Shown: positions 44,338 to 55,529 of the stretch, piece after piece
Position numbering within the stretch: position 1 is the first letter of the stretch
Layout of the letters: the number at the start of each line of letters is the position of its first letter
Source of the DNA: Betaproteobacteria bacterium RIFCSPLOWO2_02_FULL_65_20
GTDB taxonomy: Bacteria > Pseudomonadota > Gammaproteobacteria > Burkholderiales > SG8-39
NCBI GenBank assembly: GCA_001770425.1
Contig: MEQZ01000197.1
Coordinates: 1-63,284 of the forward strand
Direction of reading: 5' to 3'
DNA: 63,284 bases
Notes under the pieces: generated by a model
Databases searched by the model: none
The model's input: the letters and a program-made list of their open reading frames with translations, nothing else
What the model was told of the DNA's origin: nothing
Program-made: the position numbers and the translations under genes

Positions 44338-45410
44338 CGCCTCCTTGCGCCCGAACCCACGCGCAGGCGGCGCCAGAACAAGAACAGGAGCACGAGCAGC
44401 ATGGCGACGTGCACGACCCACCAGCCGGTTCCGAACCCGAGCCTGCCCGAGGACACCCAAGCCTGAACAATCGAAATGGTGTTGCTGTAGACCATATAGG
44501 TGAGCAATGCGAACACCAGATTGATCGAGCGACTCGCGCGCGGATTCACGAACGACAGCGGGATCGCAAGCAGGGCGAGTATCAGCGCCGATACCGGCAG
44601 GCTGATACGCCACAAGAGCTCGGCAAGGCTTCCTTTGCTGCGGCTCTCGATCAGCGCCGCGGTCGACATCGACTTGGTGGACGCCTGCTCGATACGCGCC
44701 TCACTGGTCTCCACGCGCATGGCATAGCGCTCGAACCCCATCACCCTGTACGCTGCGGTCCCGGGCACGCCTTCATAGCGCCGTCCATTGAGAAGCACGA
44801 CGAACCGGTCGCCGTTGGGCGCAGTCTCCTTGAAGCCGCTCTTGCTTACCAGTACCCCCAGGCGTCCCTGCTGCACCTGCGAAATGAACACGTTCCGCAC
44901 CTTGTCCTGTTCGCCTGCAATCTCCTCGACGAAGAATACCCGGTCGGCATTGCCCGCCTCGCGAAACACGCCCGGCGAAACACGGGAAAGTTCATCACGG
45001 CTTTCCATGCGCCGCCGAAATTCGTCGCTCCTATCCACGGCCCATGGCGACAGCAAAAGCGACAGCACAGCGATCAACCCCACCAGCGGCAGCGCAAAGA
45101 TCAGCACCGGTTTCACCCACGCGATCAGCGACTGGCCAGCGGTGAACCAGATCACCATCTCTGAATCACGGTAACTGCGCGACAGGGCCATGAGAACGGT
45201 GACAAACAACGTGAGCGAAAGCAGCACCGGAAGATAATTGAGCGCCGAGAACCCGAGCAGGGCGAGGACGCCCTCGGACAGAACACGGCCGCTTGCGGCC
45301 TGCCCTAGCAGGCGGATGAGCTGAGTGGTAAGCGTGACCGCAAACAGGGTCGCGAAGACGGCGAGCGCCAGATTGCCAAACTCGCGCAGCAGGGCACGCT
45401 TGAAGATCAC
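44334..45410 (-). CDS. lptF: LPS export ABC transporter permease LptF
   Basis: [39 protein letters not shown]..., 358 aa, divergent from pepA as in E. coli. Confidence 0.85.
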   Translation of the reverse strand: MIFKRALLREFGNLALAVFATLFAVTLTTQLIRLLGQAASGRVLSEGVLALLGFSALNYLPVLLSLTLFVTVLMALSRSYRDSEMVIWFTAGQSLIAWVKPVLIFALPLVGLIAVLSLLLSPWAVDRSDEFRRRMESRDELSRVSPGVFREAGNADRVFFVEEIAGEQDKVRNVFISQVQQGRLGVLVSKSGFKETAPNGDRFVVLLNGRRYEGVPGTAAYRVMGFERYAMRVETSEARIEQASTKSMSTAALIESRSKGSLAELLWRISLPVSALILALLAIPLSFVNPRASRSINLVFALLTYMVYSNTISIVQAWVSSGRLGFGTGWWVVHVAMLLVLLFLFWRRLRVGSGARRR

Positions 45411-45547
45411 GGGAGAGAGAAAAGAGGCAAATGGAACCCGGGAATGTCAGTGGCACCGCGCGTGGCGAGCACGTCAAAACTGCTTTGACTTGGCCGGTTC
45501 AATACGGGGATAATTCCGGCGCCCACCCGCGCTTACTCGAGGTCAAA

Positions 45548-47038
45548 GTGGAATTTAGCACAAAAGTCGCTGCTCCAGAAAAACTCGCCTGCGCCTGCAT
45601 CGCCGTGGGCGTATTTGAAGCCCAAAAGCTGTCTGTTGCAGCGCGGTCGCTGGACCGCGCCGCCGGGGGGCGCATCCACGCTCTCCTGAAGTCGGGCGAC
45701 ATGGACGGCAAGGTGGGAACGACCCGCCTCCTGTATCACGTGCCGGGCGTCGCCGCCGAGCGCGTGCTGCTGGTCGGCATGGGCAAGGATGCGAAGCTCA
45801 AGCCCAGGGACTACCGCGAAGCAGCCCGCGCGGCGGTCGCCGCGATCCTGGACACCGGCGCGGTTGATGCCTGTCTGTACCTCGCCGGCGTTTCCGTTTC
45901 CGGTCACGATGCGGCCTGGAAGGCGCGGCAGCTTGCCCTGGCTGCGTCTGATGCCCTGTATCGTTTCGAGCGCATGAAAAGCAAGAAGCCGGCCCGGCGA
46001 TCCCTCGAGCGGATAGTGGCCGGGATCGAGTCGAAGCTGGACGCCCCGGGTGCAGAGCGTGGCATCGCGCAAGGCAACGCGATCGGCGCAGGGATGGACT
46101 TGGCGCGGGATCTGGGCAATCTGCCCGCAAATGTGTGCACACCCTCTTATCTGGCCGAGCAGGCAAACAAGCTCGGCAAGCAGTGGAAGCTTGGCGTCAA
46201 GGTACTCGAGCGCGCCGATATGGAAAAGCTCGGCATGGGCGCGCTGCTGTCGGTGGCCAGGGGTTCCCGCCAGCCGCCGAAGTTCATCGTCATTCGTTAT
46301 CGAGGGGCCGGGAAGAAGGATCGCCCCGTCGTTCTGGTCGGAAAAGGCATTACCTTCGACACGGGCGGCATCTCGCTCAAGCCGGGCGCCGAAATGGACG
46401 AGATGAAATTCGACATGTGCGGAGCGGCGAGCGTGCTCGGAACGCTGCGTGCGGCGGCGGAAATGAAGCTGAAGCTCAACATCGTCGGCCTGATCCCAAC
46501 CACGGAAAACATGCCCGGCGGTGCTGCCAGCAAGCCGGGTGACATTGTCACCTCGATGTCCGGCCAGACCATCGAGATCCTGAATACTGATGCGGAGGGA
46601 CGCCTCATCCTTTGCGATGCGCTCACCTACGCCGAGCGCTTCAAGCCGCAGGTCGTAGTGGACATTGCGACGCTCACCGGCGCCTGCGTGATCGCGCTCG
46701 GGCACGTATGCTCCGGCCTTTACACCGACAAGCCTGCGCTCGCGCGCGAGCTGCTTGCGGCCGGAGACGAGGCCTGGGACCGGGCATGGCACATGCCGCT
46801 CTGGGACGACTATCACGAGCAGCTGAAGAGCAACTTCGCCGATGTCGCGAACATCGGCGGCCGTCCCGCGGGCAGCGTCACCGCGGCCTGCTTCCTGTCG
46901 CGCTTCGCCAGGAACTACGACTGGGCGCATCTGGATATCGCCGGCACCGCATGGCGCTCGGGCAAGGAAAAAGGCTCCACGGGACGCCCCGTCCCGCTGC
47001 TGACCAGCTTTCTCATCAAGCGTGCAAGCGATGACTGA
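45548..47038 (+). CDS. pepA: Leucyl aminopeptidase (M17)
   Basis: The GTG start gives (M)[23 protein letters not shown], which matches the E. coli PepA N-terminus [38 protein letters not shown] and [16 protein letters not shown] are also present. Confidence 0.9.
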   Translation: MEFSTKVAAPEKLACACIAVGVFEAQKLSVAARSLDRAAGGRIHALLKSGDMDGKVGTTRLLYHVPGVAAERVLLVGMGKDAKLKPRDYREAARAAVAAILDTGAVDACLYLAGVSVSGHDAAWKARQLALAASDALYRFERMKSKKPARRSLERIVAGIESKLDAPGAERGIAQGNAIGAGMDLARDLGNLPANVCTPSYLAEQANKLGKQWKLGVKVLERADMEKLGMGALLSVARGSRQPPKFIVIRYRGAGKKDRPVVLVGKGITFDTGGISLKPGAEMDEMKFDMCGAASVLGTLRAAAEMKLKLNIVGLIPTTENMPGGAASKPGDIVTSMSGQTIEILNTDAEGRLILCDALTYAERFKPQVVVDIATLTGACVIALGHVCSGLYTDKPALARELLAAGDEAWDRAWHMPLWDDYHEQLKSNFADVANIGGRPAGSVTAACFLSRFARNYDWAHLDIAGTAWRSGKEKGSTGRPVPLLTSFLIKRASDD

Positions 47039-47095
47039 CGGTTGGCGGCCGCTGCGAGGGCATTCGCCGTCCGGGGCGACACCAGCAGGGACAGG

Positions 47096-47524
47096 ATGAC
47101 CCGCATCGACTTCTACTCGAATGCCGAACCCAAGCTGCAGGTCGCCTGCCAGCTTGCGGCCAAGGCGGTCCAGCAGTCGCTGCGGGTGCTGATACTGGCC
47201 CCCGATGAAAGTTCGGCGCGGGCGATCGACAAGCTGCTGTGGACCTTTCCGGCGACGGGATTCCTGCCCCACTGCATGGTCCATGACCGGCTCGCGCCGG
47301 AGACGCCGGTTCTGATCGCGCGCGATTGCGAGGTGTTGCCGCACGATCAGGTGCTGCTCAATCTGGCACCCGATTCGCCGGTCCCGTTCACCCGTTTCCA
47401 GCGGCTGATCGAGCTCGTGGGCAGCGACGACGCCGACAAGCAGGCGGGGCGCAGCCGATTCCGTTTCTACCGGGATCGAGGCTACGAGATTCACCACCAC
47501 GACCTCCGAAAATCGGGCTCATGA
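47096..47524 (+). CDS. holC: DNA polymerase III subunit chi
   Basis: MTRIDFYSNAEPKLQVACQLAAKAV...LLWTFPATGFLPH...RFRFYRDRGYEI. The position between pepA and valS is conserved. Confidence 0.8.
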   Translation: MTRIDFYSNAEPKLQVACQLAAKAVQQSLRVLILAPDESSARAIDKLLWTFPATGFLPHCMVHDRLAPETPVLIARDCEVLPHDQVLLNLAPDSPVPFTRFQRLIELVGSDDADKQAGRSRFRFYRDRGYEIHHHDLRKSGS

Positions 47525-47967
47525 CCGATTCCGACGAACTGCTCTCCAAGGCCGACGCGCTGCTTGCCCGCTGGCGATCGGGAGCCGCAGCGCCCCGGCC
47601 GCCGGCCGACTATCCTGTGCTCACGGAAGTCATCGCGACTTCGGCCGCGGCAGCGGATCCAGCGTTCGCCACGGCCGCCGATGGACTCCCGCATCCACCG
47701 CCGCTCGATTCCGCTCGTGCCGACGCGGACGAGAAAGCGATCGAAGAGCGCGTGCGCTTGAGCGTACTCGATGCGATCGAGCCCTACGTTGCCGCTTTTC
47801 TCGAGGAACCGCTTCGACTGCGGATCGAGGAACTGGCGCGGGATCTGGCAACGACCATTGCCAGGGACGCCCGCAGCGACATCCTGGCGCTGGTGCGCGA
47901 TGCGGTGCAAAGCGCGGTCGCGCACGAACTCGAATCGCGGCGCGACGACCGATCCGGCGGTCGCTGA
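47521..47967 (+). CDS. Hypothetical acidic Ala-rich protein
   Basis: The ATG overlaps the holC stop (ATGA). Coding-like GC3. No motif recognised. Confidence 0.5.
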   Translation: MTDSDELLSKADALLARWRSGAAAPRPPADYPVLTEVIATSAAAADPAFATAADGLPHPPPLDSARADADEKAIEERVRLSVLDAIEPYVAAFLEEPLRLRIEELARDLATTIARDARSDILALVRDAVQSAVAHELESRRDDRSGGR

Positions 47968-48042
47968 GCTGCGATCCCTTATAATCCGGGTTTTTCCGCG
48001 CCACCCCCGGCGCGGTACCCTGACCGTACGCGCGCCGTCCCC

Positions 48043-50838
48043 ATGGAACTCGAGAAAAGCTTCGACCCGCACGCCATAGAAATGCGCTGGTACCCGGCGT
48101 GGGAGTCGCGCGGCTGCTTCGCCCATTCCGGCGAACCGGGCAAGCCGGCCTATTGCATCCAGTTGCCGCCACCCAATATCACGGGCACGCTGCACATGGG
48201 CCATGCCTTCCAGCAGACCCTGATGGATGCGCTGGTCCGCTACCACCGCATGCGCGGCGACAACACCAACTGGGTGATCGGCACCGATCATGCCGGCATC
48301 GCCACGCAGATCGTGGTCGAGCGCCAGTTGCAGGCCGAGGGCCATACCCGGCACGACCTCGGGCGCGAGAAATTCATCGAGCGCGTCTGGGAGTGGAAGC
48401 AGCAGTCCGGGTCCACGATCACGCGCCAGATGCGCCGCCTTGGCGCATCCGGCAACTGGACCTATGCGGACACCGAGGGCCAGGGCGCCGGCTACTTCAC
48501 CATGGACCAGAGGATGTCGCGCGCCGTGGCAGAGGTATTCGTGAGGCTGCACGAGGAAGGCCTCATCTACCGCGGCAAACGGCTGGTGAGCTGGGACCCG
48601 GTGCTGGGCACCGCCGTCTCGGACCTCGAGGTCGACAGCGAGGAAGAGGACGGCAAGATCTGGGAAATCCGCTATCCCCTCGAGGACGGCGGCGGCTCGG
48701 TGGTCGTCGCGACCACGCGTCCCGAGACCATGCTCGGCGACGTCGCGGTCGCGGTCAACCCGAAGGACGAGCGCTATGCGGCGCTGCTGGGAATGCGCGT
48801 AATTCTGCCGCTGGCGGGCCGGGCCATTCCGGTGATCGCGGACGACTATGTCGATCGGGAATTCGGAACCGGTTGCGTCAAGATCACGCCCGCCCACGAT
48901 TTCAACGACTGGCAGGTCGCACAACGCCACGGGCTGGCGCAGATCAACATTCTGACGCTCTCGGCGACCATCAACGACAACGCGCCCGCCGCCTATCGCG
49001 GCCTGGATCGCTTCGAGGCCCGCATTCGCGTGCTCGCCGATCTGAAGGCACAGGGCCTGCTGGTCTCCGAGAAGCCCTACAAGCTGCGCGTGCCGCGCTC
49101 GGGGCGCACCGGCGTGATCGTCGAGCCGATGCTCACCGACCAGTGGTTCGTGAAAATGGACAGCCTCGCCCGATCCGGGCTCGATGCGGTCGCCAAGGGC
49201 GAGGTGAAGTTCTATCCGGACCACTGGACGACCACCTATAACCACTGGCTGGAGGGCATCCAGGACTGGTGCATATCGCGCCAGCTCTGGTGGGGCCACC
49301 AGATTCCCGCCTGGTACGACGACGCAGGCAACGCATACGTCGCGCGCAGCGAGGACGAGGCGAAGAGACAAGCCGCAGCGAAGGGCTACGCAGGCGCGCT
49401 GACACGCGACGAGGACGTGCTGGACACTTGGTTCTCCTCCGCGCTGGTGCCCTTCACCTCGCTCGGCTGGCCGCGGCAGACGCAGGACCTGCAGACGTTC
49501 CTGCCCTCCTCGGTCCTGGTAACCGGTTTCGACATCATCTTCTTCTGGGTCGCCCGGATGATCATGATGACCCTGCACTTCACCGGCAAGGTGCCTTTCC
49601 GCGACGTCTACATCAACGCCCTGGTGCGCGACGCCGAGGGGCAGAAGATGTCCAAGTCCAAGGGAAACACGCTCGATCCGCTCGACCTGATCGACGGCAT
49701 CGCGATCGATGCCCTGATCGAGAAATCCACGCAAGGATTGCTGCGCGCCGAGCACAAGCAGAAGGCAGAAAAATACGTGCGCCGGCACTACCCCGACGGC
49801 ATTCCCTCGTTCGGCGCGGACGCGCTGCGATTCACCTTCGCCTCGCTCGCCAGCTTCGCGCGCACGCTCAACTTCGACCTTGGCCGCTGCGAGGGTTACC
49901 GCAACTTCTGCAACAAGTTGTGGAACGCCACGCGCTTTGTGCTGATGAACACCGCGGGCAAGGACTGCGGCCTGGACGACTCCCTGCCGGTCGAGCTGTC
50001 TGCAGTGGACCGCTGGATCATCAGCCTGCTGCAGCGCACAGAGTCCGAGGTGGAACGGGGCTTCACCGATTACCGCTTTGACAACATCGCAACTGCGATC
50101 TACAAGTTCGTGTGGGACGAATACTGCGACTGGTATCTCGAGTTCGCAAAGGTGCAGCTTGCCGCCGGCAACGAAGCACAACAGCGCGGCACCCGCCGAA
50201 CGCTGGTGCGTGTGCTGGAGGCTGTGCTGCGCCTGGCCCATCCGGTCATCCCGTTCATCACCGAGGAACTCTGGCAGCAGGTATCGGTGCTTGCCGGCCG
50301 GCGCAAAGCCGGCGAGGAGGCGAGCATCATGGTGCAACCGTACCCGCGCGCCCAGCCCGGGCGCATCGACGATGCGGCAGAGGCGCAGATATCGCGCCTG
50401 CAGGCGATGGTCGAGCAGGTCCGCACCCTGCGCGGCGAGATGGGACTGTCCCCCGCGCAGCGCATTCCGCTGCTCGCTATCGGCGACCGGCAAGCGCTGG
50501 AAGGGTTCTTTCCCTATATGAAGACGCTCGCCAAGCTGTCGGAGGCGTCAGTGGTCACGGCGTTCCCTCAGGTGGACGCGCCGGTGGCCGTCTCCGGCGA
50601 CACCCGCCTCATGCTGCATATCGAAGTGGACCTCACTGCCGAGTGCGAGCGCCTGAAGAAGGAAATTGCCCGCCTGGAGTCCGAACTGGCCAAGGCAAGC
50701 GCCAAACTCGCCAACCCGAGTTTTGTCGAGCGTGCGCCGGCAGCCGTGGTCGCGCAGGAGCGCGGTCGCATCGCCGCATTCGGCGCGACACTGGAAAAGC
50801 TCAGGCCGCAGCTCGCCAGCCTCGAGGCGCGAGCCTAG
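48043..50838 (+). CDS. valS: Valine--tRNA ligase
   Basis: [15 protein letters not shown] (HIGH), KMSKSKGN (KMSKS), C-terminal coiled coil, 931 aa. Confidence 0.97.
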   Translation: MELEKSFDPHAIEMRWYPAWESRGCFAHSGEPGKPAYCIQLPPPNITGTLHMGHAFQQTLMDALVRYHRMRGDNTNWVIGTDHAGIATQIVVERQLQAEGHTRHDLGREKFIERVWEWKQQSGSTITRQMRRLGASGNWTYADTEGQGAGYFTMDQRMSRAVAEVFVRLHEEGLIYRGKRLVSWDPVLGTAVSDLEVDSEEEDGKIWEIRYPLEDGGGSVVVATTRPETMLGDVAVAVNPKDERYAALLGMRVILPLAGRAIPVIADDYVDREFGTGCVKITPAHDFNDWQVAQRHGLAQINILTLSATINDNAPAAYRGLDRFEARIRVLADLKAQGLLVSEKPYKLRVPRSGRTGVIVEPMLTDQWFVKMDSLARSGLDAVAKGEVKFYPDHWTTTYNHWLEGIQDWCISRQLWWGHQIPAWYDDAGNAYVARSEDEAKRQAAAKGYAGALTRDEDVLDTWFSSALVPFTSLGWPRQTQDLQTFLPSSVLVTGFDIIFFWVARMIMMTLHFTGKVPFRDVYINALVRDAEGQKMSKSKGNTLDPLDLIDGIAIDALIEKSTQGLLRAEHKQKAEKYVRRHYPDGIPSFGADALRFTFASLASFARTLNFDLGRCEGYRNFCNKLWNATRFVLMNTAGKDCGLDDSLPVELSAVDRWIISLLQRTESEVERGFTDYRFDNIATAIYKFVWDEYCDWYLEFAKVQLAAGNEAQQRGTRRTLVRVLEAVLRLAHPVIPFITEELWQQVSVLAGRRKAGEEASIMVQPYPRAQPGRIDDAAEAQISRLQAMVEQVRTLRGEMGLSPAQRIPLLAIGDRQALEGFFPYMKTLAKLSEASVVTAFPQVDAPVAVSGDTRLMLHIEVDLTAECERLKKEIARLESELAKASAKLANPSFVERAPAAVVAQERGRIAAFGATLEKLRPQLASLEARA

Positions 50839-50863
50839 TCCTCGTCGCCAACCAGGCGGACCC

Positions 50864-52120
50864 ATGGCCATCGCGTTTCGCGCGCTTCGGCATCCCGCGT
50901 TCCGAATCTTTTTCGCCGGGCAGTTTCTGTCCCTCGTCGGCGCCTGGATGCAGACCGTGGCGACGAGCTGGCTCATCTACCGGCTGACAGGCTCGGCGCT
51001 CCTGCTCGGCATCACGACCATGGCGCAACAGTTCCCGGTACTGGTCGTGTCGCCCATCGCCGGCGTATTGGCCGACCGGATCAACCGCAGGCGCCTCCTT
51101 ATCGGCATCCAGTCGCTTGCGGCGATCCAGGCCGTCACACTCGCGGCGCTCACCTTCGCGGGCGTCGTCCAGCCGGTACACATCATCGCGCTCTCGTTCG
51201 TACTTGGCACCATCAACGCCCTGGAGACGCCCACGCGACAGGCCTTCCTTATCGAAATGGTCGAAAGCAGGCAGGACCTGCCCAATGCGATTGCGCTGCA
51301 GTCGGCGCTGTTTCAGGCCGCGCGCTTCGTCGGCCCGTCGATCGCCGGGGTCGTCCTCGCCACCGCAGGCGAAGCGTGGTGCTTCTTGGCCAACGCGCTG
51401 TCGTATCTTGCCGTGGTCGCAGCCTATGGCCTCATCCGCGTCAAACCACGCCAGGCGGCCGAACCCGGCGGTAACTGGCGTGGACAACTCAAAAGCGGCT
51501 TCCGGCATGCATTCGGCTTCCTCGGCACGCGACGCGTCCTGCTGCTGCTCGGCGTCGTGGGCTTCTTCAGCGCTCCCTGCTCCACGCTGATGCCGATCTT
51601 CGCCAAGGAAATATTTTCCGGGGACTCGCGCACCCTCGGGTTCCTTATCGGTTCAGTCGGCTTCGGCGCTGTCGCCGGGTTGGTCATGCTCGCCACGCGC
51701 AGTTCGGTTCGCGGGCTCGGACGCTTGGTCGCAGCGGCGACCATCGTCGCCGGCCTCGCGCTCGTGGCCTTTTCCCTCACGCGCTCGTTCTGGGTCGGAT
51801 TGCCGCTGCTGGCGCTTTTTGGCTTCGGCCTGATCTCCGCGGTCGCTTCCTGCAACACGATCCTGCAGTCCGTCGCGGATGAGGACAAGCGGGCCCGCAT
51901 GATCAGCATCTACGTCATGGTGTTCATGGGCATCGGGCCGATGGGCAGCCTTGCCGCGGGGGCGCTCGCCGATCCCTTCGGCGCGCCGGCAACCGTATTC
52001 GTCTGCGGCGTGGTGGTGGCCGCAGCCGGGGCGGTATTCGCTGCCGGTCTGAAGAGTTGGACCCAGGCGGTACGCCCGATCTACATTCGCCAGGGGCTGA
52101 TTCCGGGGGCGCCGGAGTGA
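50864..52120 (+). CDS. MFS transporter (EntS/MFS_3-like)
   Basis: 12 predicted hydrophobic segments, N-terminal FRIFFAGQFLSLVGAWMQTVATSWL, GVLADRINRRRLL loop motif. Confidence 0.8.
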   Translation: MAIAFRALRHPAFRIFFAGQFLSLVGAWMQTVATSWLIYRLTGSALLLGITTMAQQFPVLVVSPIAGVLADRINRRRLLIGIQSLAAIQAVTLAALTFAGVVQPVHIIALSFVLGTINALETPTRQAFLIEMVESRQDLPNAIALQSALFQAARFVGPSIAGVVLATAGEAWCFLANALSYLAVVAAYGLIRVKPRQAAEPGGNWRGQLKSGFRHAFGFLGTRRVLLLLGVVGFFSAPCSTLMPIFAKEIFSGDSRTLGFLIGSVGFGAVAGLVMLATRSSVRGLGRLVAAATIVAGLALVAFSLTRSFWVGLPLLALFGFGLISAVASCNTILQSVADEDKRARMISIYVMVFMGIGPMGSLAAGALADPFGAPATVFVCGVVVAAAGAVFAAGLKSWTQAVRPIYIRQGLIPGAPE

Positions 52121-52232
52121 TGTAAAGAAATATTGACGTTCCAGGCGTTGCCCTGAGCGTGGCCTCGGCCTTACACTTGCCACAAACGCTTCCGGGCATC
52201 CCGGCCGCGGGTGAGCCCCTACCAACGATACC

Positions 52233-53201
52233 GTGAGCGACAACCCTCAGGCGACGGAGTCGAAGTGGCTGGCGTACGTCACCAGTCTGCCGATCGACGA
52301 TCCGGCAGCACGGATGCGCGTGCTGCGCACCCTGGAATCGCTCGGCTGCGCGGTGTTGCGCGAGGGCGTTTATCTGCTGCCCGACGGCGATGCCAATCGC
52401 CAGGGTCTCAGCCGCCTCACCGATCACCTGTCGCGTCTCAACGGCAGCGCCTACCTGCTTCCCGTCACTGCCGTTGACCAAGCGCAGGCACAGGCATTCC
52501 GCGGCCTGTTCAACCGCTCGAAGAAGTACGAGGAGCTGACAAAAACAGTCGAATCCCTGAAGACCGGCTTCGGCATCTCCGAGCCGACATCCATCTCGCG
52601 CGTTCTTGCCAAGCAGCGCCGGGATTTCGAGGCAATCAGCGCCCTCGATTTCTTTTCTTCCCCCGGACGCGAACTCGCCGCGCGCGTGCTGAAGGAGGCT
52701 GAAGAAAAGGTGCGCGGACTGGTGTTTCCGGACGCCCCGAAGCCGAATCCGGTCACGCGGTCGGGGCGCCACTATTTCAAACGCATCTGGGCCACGCGCA
52801 AACCGCTGTGGGCCGATCGCCTCGCCTCGGCCTGGCTGGTCAGACGCTTCATCGACCCCGAGGCGACGCTGATCTGGCTTGAAAAGAACCAGCATTGCCC
52901 GGCCACGGCGATAGGCTTCGGCTTCGAGGGCGCCGCGTTTGAAAACAACAAATCGGGGATCACTTTCGAGCAACTTCTGGCAAACTTCGGGCTCCAGGAC
53001 AACGCGGCGCTCGCCAGGATTGCCGGATTGGTGCACTACCTGGATACCGGCGGCACCGCGGTCGCCGAAGCAGCAGGCGTGGAAATGCTGCTGTTGGGGG
53101 CGCAGCGCCGTTCGGCGAGCGCAGATGAGTTTTTCGCCGAAAGCGAAAAAACCTTTGACCTGCTCTACGACGCCTACATCGAGGCGCCGGTCAAGCCATG
53201 A
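52233..53201 (+). CDS. ChrB-domain protein (chromate resistance regulator-like)
   Basis: N-terminal WLAYVTSLPIDDPAARMRVLRTLESLGCAVLREGVYLLP. C-terminal IWATRKPLWADRLASAWLVRRFIDPEA matches the Chrome_Resist motif as I recall it. GTG start. Confidence 0.65.
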   Translation: MSDNPQATESKWLAYVTSLPIDDPAARMRVLRTLESLGCAVLREGVYLLPDGDANRQGLSRLTDHLSRLNGSAYLLPVTAVDQAQAQAFRGLFNRSKKYEELTKTVESLKTGFGISEPTSISRVLAKQRRDFEAISALDFFSSPGRELAARVLKEAEEKVRGLVFPDAPKPNPVTRSGRHYFKRIWATRKPLWADRLASAWLVRRFIDPEATLIWLEKNQHCPATAIGFGFEGAAFENNKSGITFEQLLANFGLQDNAALARIAGLVHYLDTGGTAVAEAAGVEMLLLGAQRRSASADEFFAESEKTFDLLYDAYIEAPVKP

Positions 53202-53223
53202 TGCGCAGGGCGGTCAGGCGGGC

Positions 53224-54693
53224 TTAACCTTGCTCCCGGCCGCGCCGCTCCGAACCTGCTGCCCCCTCCCTCTTCCTCTGCTCCATCTGCAGGACGCGCA
53301 GTTGCCGCAGCCGCGCCTCGACGCTCGACAGCTGGTAGAAGTCGCCGTCGCCGCTCTTCTGGGCCAGCTGCAGCTGCTCGATCGCCGCGCCGAGCGCCCC
53401 CTGCAGCATGTAGGACTCCGCGAGCGCCTGATGCTGCAGCAGCCCCTTGCCCATCGCCGCGTAGGATTTCGCCTGAAGATCGAAGAGCCGCGCGTCGCGC
53501 GGGTAGGTCTTGACCAGTTCGGCGAGATTCCCTACCGCCTCCGGGTGCTGTCCTAGCGCCTGCAGATAATCGACCTGCGCATATCTCAGCGGCCGGTAAT
53601 TGGGGTAGCGCGCGACAGCGGCGGTCAACAGATCACGCGCGCTCTTCACATCGCCCGCTCCCGCCTTGATTCGCGCTGCGAGCAGCTCGACCATAGGATG
53701 GGATCCGGCCAGGCTGCGCAGCTCGGCGACCGCGGCCTCGGCGCGCGCGAATTCGTGCGAGCGTGCGAGCGCGGCCGCCAACCCATAGCGCGCACCCGCC
53801 TCGCTGGCAAAGCGGCGCGCGCTGATCTGGTCTTCAAACCAGGCAAACGCGTCGCGCGGCGACCCTTCTTCCGCTTTGATCTTGGCCCTGGCCAACTGGA
53901 ACTCCATGCTGTCCAGGGTCTGCCGATAGGGCGCGTCCTGTGCCCGATTCTGTATGTCCGCGATCCGCTCGCTGGTGACCGGGTGCGTGCGCAGATAGGC
54001 CGGCGCGTTGTTCTCGTAGAGTCGACCGAACTTCTGCAGCCGTTCGAAAAACCTGGACATCGCGTGGACGTCGAACCCCGACCTCTCGAGCGTCTGATAA
54101 CCCACGCGGTCGGCCTCGCGCTCGAAGTCACGCGTGTAATTGAGCTGGCTTTGGATGTTGCCGGCGGTGATCGCGGCCAGCGCGCCCTGCGCAACCTGCG
54201 GATTGGCGCGCGCCGCCAGAACGGCGACGACCAGCGCCGCTAGCGTCGGCACCGACATCTGCGCCTGTTTGCCGAGCATGCGCGCGATGTGGTGCTGGGT
54301 CACGTGCGCGATCTCGTGCGACAGCACCGAGGCCACCTCGGACTCGCTCTGTGCGGCGAGCAGCAGGCCGGTGTGCACGCCGACAAATCCGCCCGGCATC
54401 GCGAAGGCGTTGATGGTGTTGTCCCGGACCATGAAGAATTCGAAATCCAGGCGCGCGTCAGGATTTACCGCGGTCAGGCGGCGACCGAGCGAATTGATGT
54501 AATCCGCCAGTTCCGGATCGTCGAGGTAGCTCGGGTCCCGGAAGCGAATATCCCGCATCGCCGCCTCGCCGATGCTCCGCTCCATCTGGGGCGACAAGAC
54601 GGCTCCAGAGGCGTCGCCCAGTTCCGGCAGGCCCTGCGCAAGTGCCGCGGGCACGGCGAGCAACAGCGAAACAAACAGGCACACGAAACGCAT
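53224..54693 (-). CDS. Periplasmic M48 metalloprotease with TPR domain (BepA/YfgC-like)
   Basis: Signal peptide, HEIAHVTQHH zinc motif, TPR-like C-terminal half. Start trimmed to MRFVCLF. Confidence 0.8.
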   Translation of the reverse strand: MRFVCLFVSLLLAVPAALAQGLPELGDASGAVLSPQMERSIGEAAMRDIRFRDPSYLDDPELADYINSLGRRLTAVNPDARLDFEFFMVRDNTINAFAMPGGFVGVHTGLLLAAQSESEVASVLSHEIAHVTQHHIARMLGKQAQMSVPTLAALVVAVLAARANPQVAQGALAAITAGNIQSQLNYTRDFEREADRVGYQTLERSGFDVHAMSRFFERLQKFGRLYENNAPAYLRTHPVTSERIADIQNRAQDAPYRQTLDSMEFQLARAKIKAEEGSPRDAFAWFEDQISARRFASEAGARYGLAAALARSHEFARAEAAVAELRSLAGSHPMVELLAARIKAGAGDVKSARDLLTAAVARYPNYRPLRYAQVDYLQALGQHPEAVGNLAELVKTYPRDARLFDLQAKSYAAMGKGLLQHQALAESYMLQGALGAAIEQLQLAQKSGDGDFYQLSSVEARLRQLRVLQMEQRKREGAAGSERRGREQG

Positions 54694-54943
54694 CGACCAT
54701 ATGATACCGGCAACCGGCAGGAAGTTCCCGTTCGGGCGGAGGGCCACACCCCGCTCTCGGGTGATCGGCGGGCCGTGCTCCAACTCCATGGTCGGGCATG
54801 ATCCTTTGATGCCTGCGGGACCGATCATCGGCGCAATTGAGCCCTAATGGCGGGATTGCGCGGAACTTGGCACAATGGCTGCGTTCGGTGCGGTCACAAC
54901 GGGAACAGTGGCGGTGACTCCAAAGAGTCCTCGAGAACGCGAC

Positions 54944-55435
54944 ATGCAGCGGCGCCTGACGCACTTCGACGATAGGGGCGCGGCTCACATGGTGGATGTC
55001 GCAGCCAAAGCGCAAACTCACCGGGTCGCGCGCGCCTCGGGCAGCATACGCATGCGACCGGCAACGCTGAGGATGATACTTGCGGGAACGTCGAAAAAGG
55101 GCGACGTGCTGGGCGTGGCCCGGATCGCCGCAATACAGGGCGCAAAGCGCGCGAGCGAAATCATTCCCTTGTGTCATCCGCTCGCGCTGACGCGCGTCGC
55201 GGCCGAATTCGAGGCCAACCGCCGAAATTCGACGATCACGCTGACCGTCACCGTGGAAACCGTCGGGCGCACCGGAGTGGAAATGGAAGCGCTTGCCGCG
55301 GTGAGCATCGGCCTGCTCACCGTCTACGACATGTGCAAGGCCGTTGACCGCGCGATGACCATCGCAGAGGTCAAGCTGCTGGAGAAATCCGGCGGCAAGT
55401 CGGGGCATTTTCTGCGCCCCGAAGCAACGGCCTGA
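54944..55435 (+). CDS. moaC: Cyclic pyranopterin monophosphate synthase accessory protein MoaC
   Basis: [51 protein letters not shown]. Confidence 0.9.
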   Translation: MQRRLTHFDDRGAAHMVDVAAKAQTHRVARASGSIRMRPATLRMILAGTSKKGDVLGVARIAAIQGAKRASEIIPLCHPLALTRVAAEFEANRRNSTITLTVTVETVGRTGVEMEALAAVSIGLLTVYDMCKAVDRAMTIAEVKLLEKSGGKSGHFLRPEATA

Positions 55436-55529
55436 TCGCCTCAGCCCGAACCAGCGGGACCCGATACACTTTGTTACCGGATCCGGCGCGGCGCCGTGAT
55501 ACAGTTGATGCGCCACCCTCGAGTCTTCC

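Noticed and set aside
47491-50493. 1000-codon open reading frame on the minus strand, antisense to valS
   Set aside because: The plus-strand frame encodes a complete ValRS with HIGH and KMSKS motifs. The antisense product is Arg/Gly/Ala/His-rich with no recognisable motif. Stop-free antisense frames of this kind are expected opposite GC3-rich genes.
54868-54882. Sigma54-like -24/-12 element TGGCAC-aatgg-CTGC upstream of moaC, and the idea of a Moco riboswitch in the 250-nt moaC/bepA-like spacer
   Set aside because: There is one mismatch in the -12 box, no enhancer-binding protein gene nearby, and no reason to expect sigma54 control of moaC. I cannot reproduce the Moco motif consensus from memory well enough to support a call. 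A cmsearch with Rfam RF01055 over 54694-54943 would settle it.
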